Positions 49,136 through 58,194 of a DNA stretch of 63,615 bases are shown piece by piece (position 1 is the stretch's first letter; each line of letters begins with the position of its first letter). This DNA comes from a virus (Duplodnaviria > Caudoviricetes). The notes under the pieces were generated by a model. It had not been told where the DNA came from and ran no database searches. It saw only the letters and a program-made list of their open reading frames with translations. The translations under genes and the position numbers were made by a program. The stretch spans positions 1 to 63,615 of IMG/VR virus record IMGVR_UViG_3300027699_000001, one strand, 5' to 3'.

Positions 49136-49336
49136 TTAATGTAAATCTGGATCACGACCAAAGCCTGGTCTTACTGTTGATGTTTTAACAATCTGATAAA
49201 AAAATTCGCCTTCCGGATCATTACTTTTTAAATTTGCTATTGTAGGCATAATTTCTCCATAATCGTAGACATTACCCACTTCTTCTATAATTATTTGGTT
49301 AGGAATCCGCTTAAAAATTGTATAATGTTCTTGCAT
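49136..49336 (-). CDS. Hypothetical 66-aa protein
   Basis: ATG start with TAAATA at 49345-50 and 49354-59 (minus strand) just upstream. Confidence 0.65.
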   Translation of the reverse strand: MQEHYTIFKRIPNQIIIEEVGNVYDYGEIMPTIANLKSNDPEGEFFYQIVKTSTVRPGFGRDPDLH

Positions 49337-49364
49337 CGTAGAATTATTTAATTTATTTAATTCA

Positions 49365-49372
49365 TATAAATA
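49365..49372 (+). promoter_or_regulatory. T4-type late promoter TATAAATA
   Basis: Exact match 32 nt upstream of 49405. Confidence 0.75.
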
Positions 49373-49404
49373 CTACTAGATAACTTTATGGATCATAATA
49401 TATC

Positions 49405-50895
49405 ATGCAAGTAAACGAAATTACTGTCACTTCTCGGGAAATAGCACTTTACGAAGAAAAACAAAGGCTTATAGTACTTTACGAAGAAAAACAAAGACTT
49501 GATGAAAAAGAAAAACAAAGACTTGATGAAATAGCACCTTTTATTATTGGTGCAGGTGTTATCCTAGGTAAGCTGTTGATTGCTGCAGGTGTTTCTTACA
49601 TATCTATAGCTGCGGTGCAAAAGATGGTTGATATGTGGCGGCGTTGGAAATTCCAACCCCCTGCTAATGCTATTCCTGACAAATTGAGAATTAAAACTGA
49701 AGGTGTAGGCAAGCACAAAGGTAAATTTTATTGGTGGCAATTTAATGAATCCGAGGGAAAGTGGCGCCGAGTAAAACGTGGTGTCTTTGGTTGGTCGATA
49801 ATCAAGGGGGGAAAATCTAAGACCATGGCGGCTTTTGCAGACCAGCTCGAAAACGCATTAAGAAAAGTCCATTTGATTCACCCGTCCGGTATCGGCGGGA
49901 CTGGGTGGATAAATGCTAAAGCAGTTACTAAAGAAGCGTTTGATTATGCTTATGTAATGTCTCAAGCACAAATTAACCAGAAAGATATGATGACAGCAGA
50001 TGATGAGGCGTTAAAAAAATATAATAGATTAGCAGCCCAGAGCCATAAAGCGAAAGCGTTTAAAGCAACTGCTAGATATTTGAAACATATTGCTCCTTGG
50101 CTTCTATTAATAACTCCTTTCCTTTCTACTATAACATACATCCTGACTTCACGCTCACTTGCAATGAATTATTGGCATCAATATCAAGATCATTTGAAAT
50201 GGAAAGAGGCTGGCAAACCAGAAGATCAAGAAAAAGGAATTAATTTCGCTACATATGCACAAAGAATAACTGATATTAGAGCAAGTGCTGTTATATTCTT
50301 TACGGCAGCAGTAAGCGGCGCAAGTATTGTAGCATTAGGCACAGTTGTTGGAGGTATAGGTATAAAGCTCTTGGGATTGGGTTTAACCAAAGCGGGGGCT
50401 GCGAGTCGCGGAGATGACGTAATAAAACAAGAGTTAGATAAGAAATTTAGAAAACTAGCTGCAAAATACGGAACTAAAATACCCATAGTTAGAGCAGCCC
50501 TCTATTTAAGTGTTCTAGCATTTATACCTATAGGATTTACAAACACAGGAAAAAAATGGTTTTCAAGTCTTCTTACTGATTTTACATTTTTTGGATTCTT
50601 TGACGTGCCTTACGTTACTGACCCGCAAGGAGGTGTACGCTCAGATATTTCAAATTTCGTGGATGATAAATTCGAATGGATGTTACTTAATTGGTTTGAA
50701 ATGTCTGCCATAGAGTTTTGGGGACCGCATGGTTTGGCAGACCCTGGGGAACAGTCTTCATATGCTGCTGATGTTGATCAACAGAAGAAAGATGAAGATA
50801 TCCGGACAGGAATTGAGGATGGCCGACTTATTCCAACTACCGATTCTGATGGCGCGTATCCTGACGGTTGGCTCGATGACGCACCTAAAGAATAG
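49405..50895 (+). CDS. Probable internal head/ejection protein with several hydrophobic segments
   Basis: Late promoter; MQVNEI start; repeated LxE motifs followed by a hydrophobic helix; three more hydrophobic stretches; acidic tail. Confidence 0.5.
   Translation: MQVNEITVTSREIALYEEKQRLIVLYEEKQRLDEKEKQRLDEIAPFIIGAGVILGKLLIAAGVSYISIAAVQKMVDMWRRWKFQPPANAIPDKLRIKTEGVGKHKGKFYWWQFNESEGKWRRVKRGVFGWSIIKGGKSKTMAAFADQLENALRKVHLIHPSGIGGTGWINAKAVTKEAFDYAYVMSQAQINQKDMMTADDEALKKYNRLAAQSHKAKAFKATARYLKHIAPWLLLITPFLSTITYILTSRSLAMNYWHQYQDHLKWKEAGKPEDQEKGINFATYAQRITDIRASAVIFFTAAVSGASIVALGTVVGGIGIKLLGLGLTKAGAASRGDDVIKQELDKKFRKLAAKYGTKIPIVRAALYLSVLAFIPIGFTNTGKKWFSSLLTDFTFFGFFDVPYVTDPQGGVRSDISNFVDDKFEWMLLNWFEMSAIEFWGPHGLADPGEQSSYAADVDQQKKDEDIRTGIEDGRLIPTTDSDGAYPDGWLDDAPKE
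49441..49530 (+). repeat. In-frame tandem duplications (30-nt and 24-nt units) encoding EKQRL x3
   Basis: atagcactttacgaagaaaaacaaaggctt / atagtactttacgaagaaaaacaaagactt / gatgaaaaagaaaaacaaagactt / gatgaa. Confidence 0.9.
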
Positions 50896-51121
50896 GCATT
50901 CCTGTTTTTTTAACAGCTTCAATATTTTCTAATACTATATTACTAACAATTTCTAAATCTTCTAAGTCTGTGTCACACAACATAGTATGACCATCTAATC
51001 CTCCGCGCATATACCAACAGAGTTTATATACTTCATGTTTTATTTTTTTAATATCATTTTCATAATTTTCCGATAAGGCTGGCAAGTCAGAATCAGAGAC
51101 CTGAATTAGCGTTGATCGAAA
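50885..51121 (-). CDS. gp51-like tail/baseplate assembly chaperone domain, probably made as a -1 frameshift extension of the upstream ORF
   Basis: KHEVYKLCWYMRGGL pattern. The frame is open back through the slippery site, and its only early start is an SD-less TTG at 51085. Confidence 0.6.
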   Translation of the reverse strand, partial: FRSTLIQVSDSDLPALSENYENDIKKIKHEVYKLCWYMRGGLDGHTMLCDTDLEDLEIVSNIVLENIEAVKKTGMPIL

Positions 51122-51936
51122 AAATTTGAGTAATCGATTTCAATGTCAATTTGATATTTGTGCTCACAAGCTGCACATACTACATCAGAAGGAGGAACAG
51201 TCCAAACAGTATTATTTTTTATAATTGTACTTTCTACTTTATTATAAAATTCTTTTTCACTATTTTTTAGAAAATTTAAAATATTATTATAATTAGATTC
51301 GTTTTCTTCTTCTCCTAATACTTCAACACTTGTAACACTAGTACATATTGATTTAAACTTTAATTCACTAAGTTGATCATAAATTTTTTGTAATTCTTTA
51401 GCTTGATCTTCTTCACTTTCAATTGTAGGAATAACTTGAACTATTTGTCTTTGAAGTTTAAAATTAATTTTATTAATATCATTAAATTCTTTATAATTTA
51501 AAGGTGCAAGTTCAAAAGATACATCATTTATTTTACAATTATCTATATACTCTTGAGTTAAAAAATAATCTATAATAGATTGTAAACTTATTGCATAGGT
51601 ATTCTCTGCACTACAATTTTCACAAGCAGAATCTATATTCATAGTATCACCATAACTAGCCATTCTTATAGCACTTAATATTGCATAAATGTCCACTGAT
51701 GGCACTTCCCAAGCATTTTTAATTTCAGGAACACAGTTTTGAATTATACTAACAGTAGTATTGCCACTAAACAATGCATCTGGTGTTTTAGTTGATATTT
51801 CATCACTTGCAGTCATACTATATACTGCTAATTCTTCTGACTTAGCTATTGCATTAGGAGGATACCATCGCCCCTTGCTAGGTAAATCTATATAAAGTTT
51901 TGGCTGTCTTTGATATTTTTCCAATATATTTGGCAT
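51106..51936 (-). CDS. gp26: Baseplate hub/tail assembly chaperone, T4 gp26-like
   Basis: IDLPSKGRWY, VYSMTASDE, D..AILSAIRMASYG, two CxxC pairs (CENC, CAAC), ends NFFDQR. Confidence 0.8.
   Translation of the reverse strand: MPNILEKYQRQPKLYIDLPSKGRWYPPNAIAKSEELAVYSMTASDEISTKTPDALFSGNTTVSIIQNCVPEIKNAWEVPSVDIYAILSAIRMASYGDTMNIDSACENCSAENTYAISLQSIIDYFLTQEYIDNCKINDVSFELAPLNYKEFNDINKINFKLQRQIVQVIPTIESEEDQAKELQKIYDQLSELKFKSICTSVTSVEVLGEEENESNYNNILNFLKNSEKEFYNKVESTIIKNNTVWTVPPSDVVCAACEHKYQIDIEIDYSNFFDQR
51118..51127 (-). other. Putative -1 programmed ribosomal frameshift site A_AAT_TTT_TTC
   Basis: Two overlapping X_XXY_YYZ heptamers in the correct phase, 3 codons before the gp26-like stop. Confidence 0.7.
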
Positions 51937-51948
51937 ATGGTTTCCTAG

Positions 51949-51976
51949 ATAAATAGATATAGTTATGCATTATTTA
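51949..51976. promoter_or_regulatory. Pair of opposed late promoters: ATAAATA (+, 51949-55) and TAAATA (-, 51971-76)
   Basis: Both lie in the 68-nt gap between the divergent gp26-like and tape-measure genes. Confidence 0.6.
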
Positions 51977-52004
51977 GTAATGTAATAATACCTAGGAAAA
52001 TTTT

Positions 52005-54362
52005 ATGGGAACAGAAGCAGAAGTACTTTCGAAATTAACAAAAAGAGTTGATGAATTAGGAAAGGTAGTATCAAATATAGGTACTAAAGGCAAGGAAGCA
52101 GCAAAAGGTATGGTTGGTGTTGCTACAGCTTTTGCTACCGGCAAACCTACTATTTCTAGTACATTAGATTCAATGGGAGGTTTGGGCAAAAATATTTCTC
52201 CTATTGCAAAACATCTAGAAAAACAAGTAGGTATGTACCAGCAACTAACACGAGGTGGTGTACATTTTAGTGGTAAAATGGAAGTTGCTGGTGAAATGGC
52301 AATAAGTGCTGGCCTAGATATGAAGCAATTTGGTGGATTAATTGAACAAAATACTGAAATGTTTGCTGCGATGGGTAATACCGCGCAAGACGGTGCGAAA
52401 AACTTCTTTAATCAATTAGAAAATCTTAGGAATAGCACAGATGGCTATGGTCAAACATTACGTGCTCTAGGTGTTAGTTACGAAGAACAAGCAGAAAACA
52501 TGGCTATGATTCAAAATTTTGAAAACATGTCTATGCGAAAAGGGTTTTCGAGTGATGCGAAAAGAAATGCTGCAACTGTGGCATTTAGTCAAGAACTAGA
52601 TCTTTTATCAAAATTAACAGGTAAACAATCTGATGAACTAAAAAAGGGCATGTCAGAAATGATGCGGTCAGGCGACTTTAAAGCACTTCAAATGGGAATG
52701 GGTGCCGATATGCAAGCGGCATTAACAACAGGTGCTGAAGAAGCCAAAGAAGCGGGCATCGGCGACTTATTCAAAGATATGATGATAAGAGGCTTTCCAA
52801 GCAAAGATCAGTCAAAACTAGCTGGATTGTATGGAGAATCTATGGCAGTTATGCAGAAAATGAAAGCAGCTCAAGATGAAGGCAATCATGCTGAATTTAA
52901 TAGATTAAAAAGTCAATTGTCAGCTGCAACACTTAAAGATCAACTGGCTAATAAAGAACTTGCTCAATTAGGAGGCACTACAGGTGTTACGCAAATTGCA
53001 TCAGCAGCATTAGCAGAAAGTGGTGCATTTCATACTACGTTAAGAAATTTATATGCACAAAAGACAAGAGAACTAGGACGAGCATTAACTGGTGACGAAG
53101 TTGATGAATTAACAGCAAAAGCTAGAGCTACGGCGAAAAAAGAACAAGACAAGCAAATTGTTGAAGTACCAAAGCAAGTAATAGGAGTAATGATTGAAGC
53201 TCAAAATGAAATGGTTAATATAGCAGCAACAACACAAAAAGAAGCTACTGTAAGAATTTATAGTGAAGTAGCAGATGCAATGGGCGGAACTTTAGCTAAA
53301 ATTAAAGCCTGGGATCCTGCTGCTAAACTAGATGAGGGTATTAATGTAGCTGTAGATTGGTTTAACGACTTTTTCACAAACGAAGGTGGCCCCGAAGCAG
53401 ACCTTGCAGTTTCTCAAGCATCACGCCTAGGTCCGGAAGGTGCTGATCTTGCCAACAAATTACAAGAACAAATTGATATTAGAGATAACGCAAATCAATC
53501 TTCTGCTCCAGGCGATGTTGAAGCTGCCGTTGCTGCTTCAACAAGGATAGCGGAATTACAAGCACAAATTAAGACAGAATCTACAAAACAGGGGATTACT
53601 CCTCCTAATACAAATCTTCCTCCGATTAATACCCAAGTAGCTAGCTCACTTCAGGCGATTCTTCAAGAACTATTAAATTGGACACAAGGCGGTCCCCCAG
53701 AGGGGCAAACAGGTTCACCTGGTATGAAACAAGCAGTTTCCGAACTTTCTTCATTAACACAAAATTGGGGTACTGGATCTCTTGCAATGCTTCATGGCGA
53801 AGAAGCAATAATAACCAAAAAACAACTTGCAATGATAGATTCATCTTTTAACGAATTATTTTCTAGAACTGCTTCTATGGAACAGCCTAAAGATTCAAAC
53901 GCCGAAGAGATCAAGAAAAAGTTTGCTTATGCAATGGCACAGCCTAAAGATCCAATGGCCGATCTAAAAAGATTAGGTATAGATCCTACAATGGGTGCTA
54001 TGCCATCCACCGGAACTAACGTTACTGATCTTCAAGGAGCGGTAAATACAATGTCAGCGCAGGACAGGCAGCGTTATATCATGCAGAATAAAGATCTTGC
54101 TCAATTAGGAGGTACTACTAGTACTACATCCGCAGCAGCAGATGCACTAGAATCAAGCAACAGTATGTCAGATTTACTAAGAGTAATGCATGAAATGAAA
54201 GATGCTTTAGCGACAGGTGATAATGAAGGATTTAAAGAAATGAAAAACTCTTTAAATGAAATGACGAAATTAGCACAAGTTCAAAATAGAATTGCTGGAA
54301 AACATTTGAAAGTAGGTAAAGGAATGGTTGGTGATCTTTTTGCAGGAGGACCTAGAGTATGA
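52005..54362 (+). CDS. Tape-measure-like protein
   Basis: 785 aa, A/M/Q/G-rich and helical; LSKLTGKQ and LAMLHGEEAII motifs; adjacent to the chaperone pair. Confidence 0.7.
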   Translation: MGTEAEVLSKLTKRVDELGKVVSNIGTKGKEAAKGMVGVATAFATGKPTISSTLDSMGGLGKNISPIAKHLEKQVGMYQQLTRGGVHFSGKMEVAGEMAISAGLDMKQFGGLIEQNTEMFAAMGNTAQDGAKNFFNQLENLRNSTDGYGQTLRALGVSYEEQAENMAMIQNFENMSMRKGFSSDAKRNAATVAFSQELDLLSKLTGKQSDELKKGMSEMMRSGDFKALQMGMGADMQAALTTGAEEAKEAGIGDLFKDMMIRGFPSKDQSKLAGLYGESMAVMQKMKAAQDEGNHAEFNRLKSQLSAATLKDQLANKELAQLGGTTGVTQIASAALAESGAFHTTLRNLYAQKTRELGRALTGDEVDELTAKARATAKKEQDKQIVEVPKQVIGVMIEAQNEMVNIAATTQKEATVRIYSEVADAMGGTLAKIKAWDPAAKLDEGINVAVDWFNDFFTNEGGPEADLAVSQASRLGPEGADLANKLQEQIDIRDNANQSSAPGDVEAAVAASTRIAELQAQIKTESTKQGITPPNTNLPPINTQVASSLQAILQELLNWTQGGPPEGQTGSPGMKQAVSELSSLTQNWGTGSLAMLHGEEAIITKKQLAMIDSSFNELFSRTASMEQPKDSNAEEIKKKFAYAMAQPKDPMADLKRLGIDPTMGAMPSTGTNVTDLQGAVNTMSAQDRQRYIMQNKDLAQLGGTTSTTSAAADALESSNSMSDLLRVMHEMKDALATGDNEGFKEMKNSLNEMTKLAQVQNRIAGKHLKVGKGMVGDLFAGGPRV

Positions 54363-56101
54363 GTTGGAAAAAATATTTTACACCTGTAACAATTGAAAAT
54401 CAAACTGGAACTTATTCACCTTTTAATAGGTTAAACACTAGTTCTCAAGCTGGACCTGCACGAACAAACTATTCTTCTTATCTACCTGATGTTTATGTTG
54501 GTAGTCCAAATCGTGTTGAGCGTTATGGCCAATATAATACTATGGATTTAGATTCTGAAGTTTCTGCTGCATTAGATATTCTTGCAGAATTTTGTACACA
54601 CGAAAACAAAGAGAATTATACTACTTTTAGTTTTATTTTTAATAAACAAGCAACAGCTTCGGAAATTAGTATTTTAAGTCAATATTTAAAACAATGGAGT
54701 AATCTTCAAAATTTTGAAACTCGAATGTTTAGAATTTTTCGAAATGTTTTTAAGTATGGTGATCAAATTTTTATTAAAGATCCTGAAACTAAAAAATGGT
54801 TTCATGTTGATCCTGCTAAATTATCACGCATAATTGTAAACGAATCAGAAGGTAAAAAACCAGAACAATATATTATTAGAGATGTAAATCTTAATTTTAG
54901 AGAACAAGTTGCTACAACTCCACATCAAACTACAGGCAACGTTACAGGAGGTGGTAGTGGATACATAGCAGGCGGTGTTCGCGGAATGGTAGGAAACTCT
55001 CAACAACAATCAGGTTCTAGGTTTTCAACAGATGAACAGGAAATTGCTATTAATGCAGAACATATAGTTCATTTAAGTTTATCTGAAGGTTTAGATAATA
55101 ATTATCCATTTGGTAATTCGTTACTAGAACAAATTTTTAAAGTATATAAGCAAAAAGAATTATTAGAAGACGCTATTATTATATATCGTGTACAACGAGC
55201 ACCAGAAAGGCGAGTATTTTATGTTGACGTAGGAAATATGCCTACTCACCTTGCTATGCAGTTTGTCGAGAGAGTAAAAACTGAAATTCATCAAAGACGT
55301 ATTCCAAGTCAAACGGGTGGCGGCGCTAATGTTATAGACAGTTCTTACAATCCTTTAAGCATTAATGAAGATTATTTCTTCCCACAAACAGCAGAAGGTA
55401 GAGGATCTAAAGTAGAAACATTACCCGGTGGTACTAATTTAGGTGAAATTGACGACTTACGTTATTTTACTAATAAACTTGTACGCGGTTTACGGATACC
55501 TTCTAGTTATTTGCCTACAGGAGCAGACGATGCTACTAGTTCTTATAACGATGGAAGAGTGGGTACAGCATATATACAAGAATTACGCTTTAATAAGTAT
55601 TGTGAACGCTTACAAGGACTATTAACAGAAGAATTTGATAAAGAATTTAAAGTTTACTTGTTAGAAAAAGGCATAAACATTGATACATCAATGTTTGATT
55701 TAAAATTTCATCCACCTCAAAACTTTGCCCAATACAGACAATCAGAACTTGACAATGCTAGAGTTCCTACGTTTACACAAATGATGTCTGTTCCTTATGT
55801 AAGTAATAGATTTGCATTAAAACGTTTCTTAGGAATGTCAGATGAAGAAATTGCTGAGAATGAAAAATTGTGGAGAGAAGAAAATGAAGAAACACTTATA
55901 CCACCTCAAGAAGATGCTACAGGAGAAATGAGGGGTATTGGAATTAGTTCAGCAGGAATTTCAGCAGATATAGACGGAGCAGAAGATATTCTTGATGCAG
56001 ATGTTCCTCCTGAGGAAGGAGGAGAAACGGCACCACCTGAAACTGCTACAGCAGGCGAAGGACCAGCAACACCTCCACCAGCTGGCGAACAAACGATATA
56101 A
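54359..56101 (+). CDS. gp20: Portal protein, T4 gp20-like
   Basis: LLEDAIIIYRVQRAPERRVFYVDVGNMP, EDYFFP...GRGSKVETLPGG.NLGEIDD..YF..KL.RGLRIPSS, ELRFNK. Confidence 0.97.
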   Translation: MSWKKYFTPVTIENQTGTYSPFNRLNTSSQAGPARTNYSSYLPDVYVGSPNRVERYGQYNTMDLDSEVSAALDILAEFCTHENKENYTTFSFIFNKQATASEISILSQYLKQWSNLQNFETRMFRIFRNVFKYGDQIFIKDPETKKWFHVDPAKLSRIIVNESEGKKPEQYIIRDVNLNFREQVATTPHQTTGNVTGGGSGYIAGGVRGMVGNSQQQSGSRFSTDEQEIAINAEHIVHLSLSEGLDNNYPFGNSLLEQIFKVYKQKELLEDAIIIYRVQRAPERRVFYVDVGNMPTHLAMQFVERVKTEIHQRRIPSQTGGGANVIDSSYNPLSINEDYFFPQTAEGRGSKVETLPGGTNLGEIDDLRYFTNKLVRGLRIPSSYLPTGADDATSSYNDGRVGTAYIQELRFNKYCERLQGLLTEEFDKEFKVYLLEKGINIDTSMFDLKFHPPQNFAQYRQSELDNARVPTFTQMMSVPYVSNRFALKRFLGMSDEEIAENEKLWREENEETLIPPQEDATGEMRGIGISSAGISADIDGAEDILDADVPPEEGGETAPPETATAGEGPATPPPAGEQTI

Positions 56102-56104
56102 ATA
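56097..56104 (+). promoter_or_regulatory. T4-type late promoter TATAAATA
   Basis: Exact match overlapping the portal stop, 5 nt before ATG 56110. Confidence 0.75.
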
Positions 56105-56109
56105 CTAAC

Positions 56110-56355
56110 ATGATACTACGTGAATTATTTTACTTCAATAAAGATACGCTTCAATCAGAAGAAGACGATCGTTATGATCCCGATTATGATCAATCAATAT
56201 TAGATCCTGATGATACTCGTAAAACACGTTTAACTTTGGGAGACATCTCAAGGGCAAGAAAATCAGCAGAACTACATAAAAAAGAAAAATCTAAAGAATT
56301 AGATTTAGTAAGACAAATGTATGGAATTGCTGCGCAGGCTGCTGTTGGTGTTTAA
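56110..56355 (+). CDS. Small head-module protein
   Basis: 81 aa after the portal; MILRELF start, DTRKTRLTL, VRQMYG. Confidence 0.75.
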   Translation: MILRELFYFNKDTLQSEEDDRYDPDYDQSILDPDDTRKTRLTLGDISRARKSAELHKKEKSKELDLVRQMYGIAAQAAVGV

Positions 56356-56360
56356 CTTAA

Positions 56361-57104
56361 ATGGCCAAACTAAATAAGGCTGATTATACAAAAGAAGCTT
56401 GGCGAAAATTAAAACAAGAAAAAAAGTTAGAAAAAGCTGCCAAACGAGCAGCAAAAGCAGAAGCAAAAGCAAAATCTCAAAAACTTAACACAACTCCCCA
56501 TCAAGAATGTGCCTTTGTTTTAGGCAACGGTCTAAGTCGACAACCCGTTAATCTTTATTCTTTGAAATCGTATGGTCCTATTTATGGTTGTAATGCAATA
56601 TATAGAGACTTTGATCCAGACTATCTTGTTGCTGTTGATGTTAAAATGGTTTTAGAAATTAATCGCGTAAAATATCAAATTAAAAATCCCAATGTCTGGA
56701 CTAATCCTAATAAAGCATATGATACTTTTCCTAATCTTAGTTTTTTTAGTCCAAGCAAAGGTTGGAGTTCTGGACCTACTGCATTATGGTTTGCAACTAC
56801 ACACGGACATAAGAAAATTTTTATTCTTGGCTTTGATTTTACAGGAACAAATGGTGGAAAACATTTTAATAACATTTATTCAGATACAGAAAATTATAAA
56901 AAATTAAGAGATGGTCCTACATATTATGGAAATTGGTTGAAGCAAACTGTTGACGTTATTAGAGAAAACCCTAGCATAAATTTTATTAGAGTTATAGCAT
57001 CAGATAATTTTTGTCCCGACGAACTAAATAATTTTAACAATTATAAGACCATTCGATTAAAAGAATTCGGTAAAATTTTTGGATTTTCAGTAGAAGATCC
57101 TTAA
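56361..57104 (+). CDS. Maf/MptE/sialyltransferase(GT29)-like fold protein with K/A-rich N-terminus
   Basis: AFVLGNGLSR, IYGCNAIYRDFDPDYLVAVD, WSSGPTAL, IFILGFDF. Confidence 0.6.
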   Translation: MAKLNKADYTKEAWRKLKQEKKLEKAAKRAAKAEAKAKSQKLNTTPHQECAFVLGNGLSRQPVNLYSLKSYGPIYGCNAIYRDFDPDYLVAVDVKMVLEINRVKYQIKNPNVWTNPNKAYDTFPNLSFFSPSKGWSSGPTALWFATTHGHKKIFILGFDFTGTNGGKHFNNIYSDTENYKKLRDGPTYYGNWLKQTVDVIRENPSINFIRVIASDNFCPDELNNFNNYKTIRLKEFGKIFGFSVEDP

Positions 57105-57151
57105 ATTGCTCATTTTGAGCCTATATTACACCTGATTTACCCGAAATATTG

Positions 57152-57157
57152 TAAATA
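57152..57157 (+). promoter_or_regulatory. Late promoter TAAATA for the core-protease-scaffold-capsid genes
   Basis: In the gap upstream of 57205; AAGGAG RBS follows. Confidence 0.55.
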
Positions 57158-57204
57158 TATTAGACAGCCTTACCATAGGTAAAATATTTTTAAGGAGACA
57201 CAAA

Positions 57205-58167
57205 ATGGCAGATCCAAAGAAATTTGAAGAAATGCTTGAACGCCTAATTAATGAAGATAAAGCAGGTGCAGAAGAGCTTTTCCATGAAATCGTAGTTGAG
57301 AAATCACGCGAAATTTATGAAACACTTTTAGAAAAAGATCTAGAAGATGATGAAGAAGTTGATGAAACTTCTAAAGAAGATGACGACGATGTCGAAGAAG
57401 CTTCCAAAAAAGACGATGACGAAGTTGAAGAAGCTTCTGATTCCGACGATGACGACGAAGTTGATGAAGATTTTGATCTAGACGAATTTGAAATTGACGC
57501 CGATGTAGATGCCGATGCACCAGTACTAGGAAGCGACGAAGACGCAACCGATGATATGATGGCTGACGTTGAAATGCCTGATGAAGAAGGTGAAGAAGGC
57601 GGCGAAGAAGAAATTGAAGATCGTGTAGAAGACCTTGAAGACGCACTTGACGAGTTAAAAGCTGAATTTGAAGAGCTAATGGCTGGTGATGCAGGCGGCG
57701 AAGAAGGCGAAGAAGAAATGGGAGACGAAGAAGGTGCAGAAATGGAACTACCTGGTGAAGACGATGCCGGAATGGAAGTAGAACCAGAAGAAGCTATTGA
57801 AGTACCTACTGAAGCTGTAGAAGATGACGAAGACGAAGTTGAAGAATCAAAAGCTCCGATGTCTGATACAGAGCAGATGCGCGAATATGTTGAAAAAGTA
57901 ACAGCATCAATGGGCGATGACGGTGCAAACACCAAGTCCGTAGTAGCTGGTGCAAATGACATGGGCGGTTCTGCAAAAAACTTGGCACAAGGTAAAGAAG
58001 AAAGCGGACGTTCTGCTCCTTCTACTACTGAAGAAGACTTTGATAACGTAAACGTTCCAGGTGGAAAGGCTGCTAAGTCATTGTCAAAAAATGCCAAAGG
58101 CCACGGCGCTGAGAAAAAAGGCGCAGGCGAAGAAGGTTCTACTAATAAAAAGTCAATTGTTGCTTAA
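57205..58167 (+). CDS. Highly acidic prohead core/scaffold-like protein
   Basis: D/E-rich, many (L/V/I)xE motifs, short coiled coil; located between portal and protease like T4 gp67/gp68. Confidence 0.7.
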   Translation: MADPKKFEEMLERLINEDKAGAEELFHEIVVEKSREIYETLLEKDLEDDEEVDETSKEDDDDVEEASKKDDDEVEEASDSDDDDEVDEDFDLDEFEIDADVDADAPVLGSDEDATDDMMADVEMPDEEGEEGGEEEIEDRVEDLEDALDELKAEFEELMAGDAGGEEGEEEMGDEEGAEMELPGEDDAGMEVEPEEAIEVPTEAVEDDEDEVEESKAPMSDTEQMREYVEKVTASMGDDGANTKSVVAGANDMGGSAKNLAQGKEESGRSAPSTTEEDFDNVNVPGGKAAKSLSKNAKGHGAEKKGAGEEGSTNKKSIVA

Positions 58168-58194
58168 TTAGTGGAAGTAATTTAAGGATTTTGA

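Noticed and set aside
49441-49530. CRISPR-like or guide-RNA array
   Set aside because: The repeats are contiguous, in frame and coding, with no unique spacers. I saw no repeat-spacer array or cas gene anywhere in the window.
57315-58097. 260-aa Ser-rich minus-strand ORF (and 57371-57646, 57806-57988)
   Set aside because: Antisense shadows of the GAA/GAT/GAC-rich acidic core gene.
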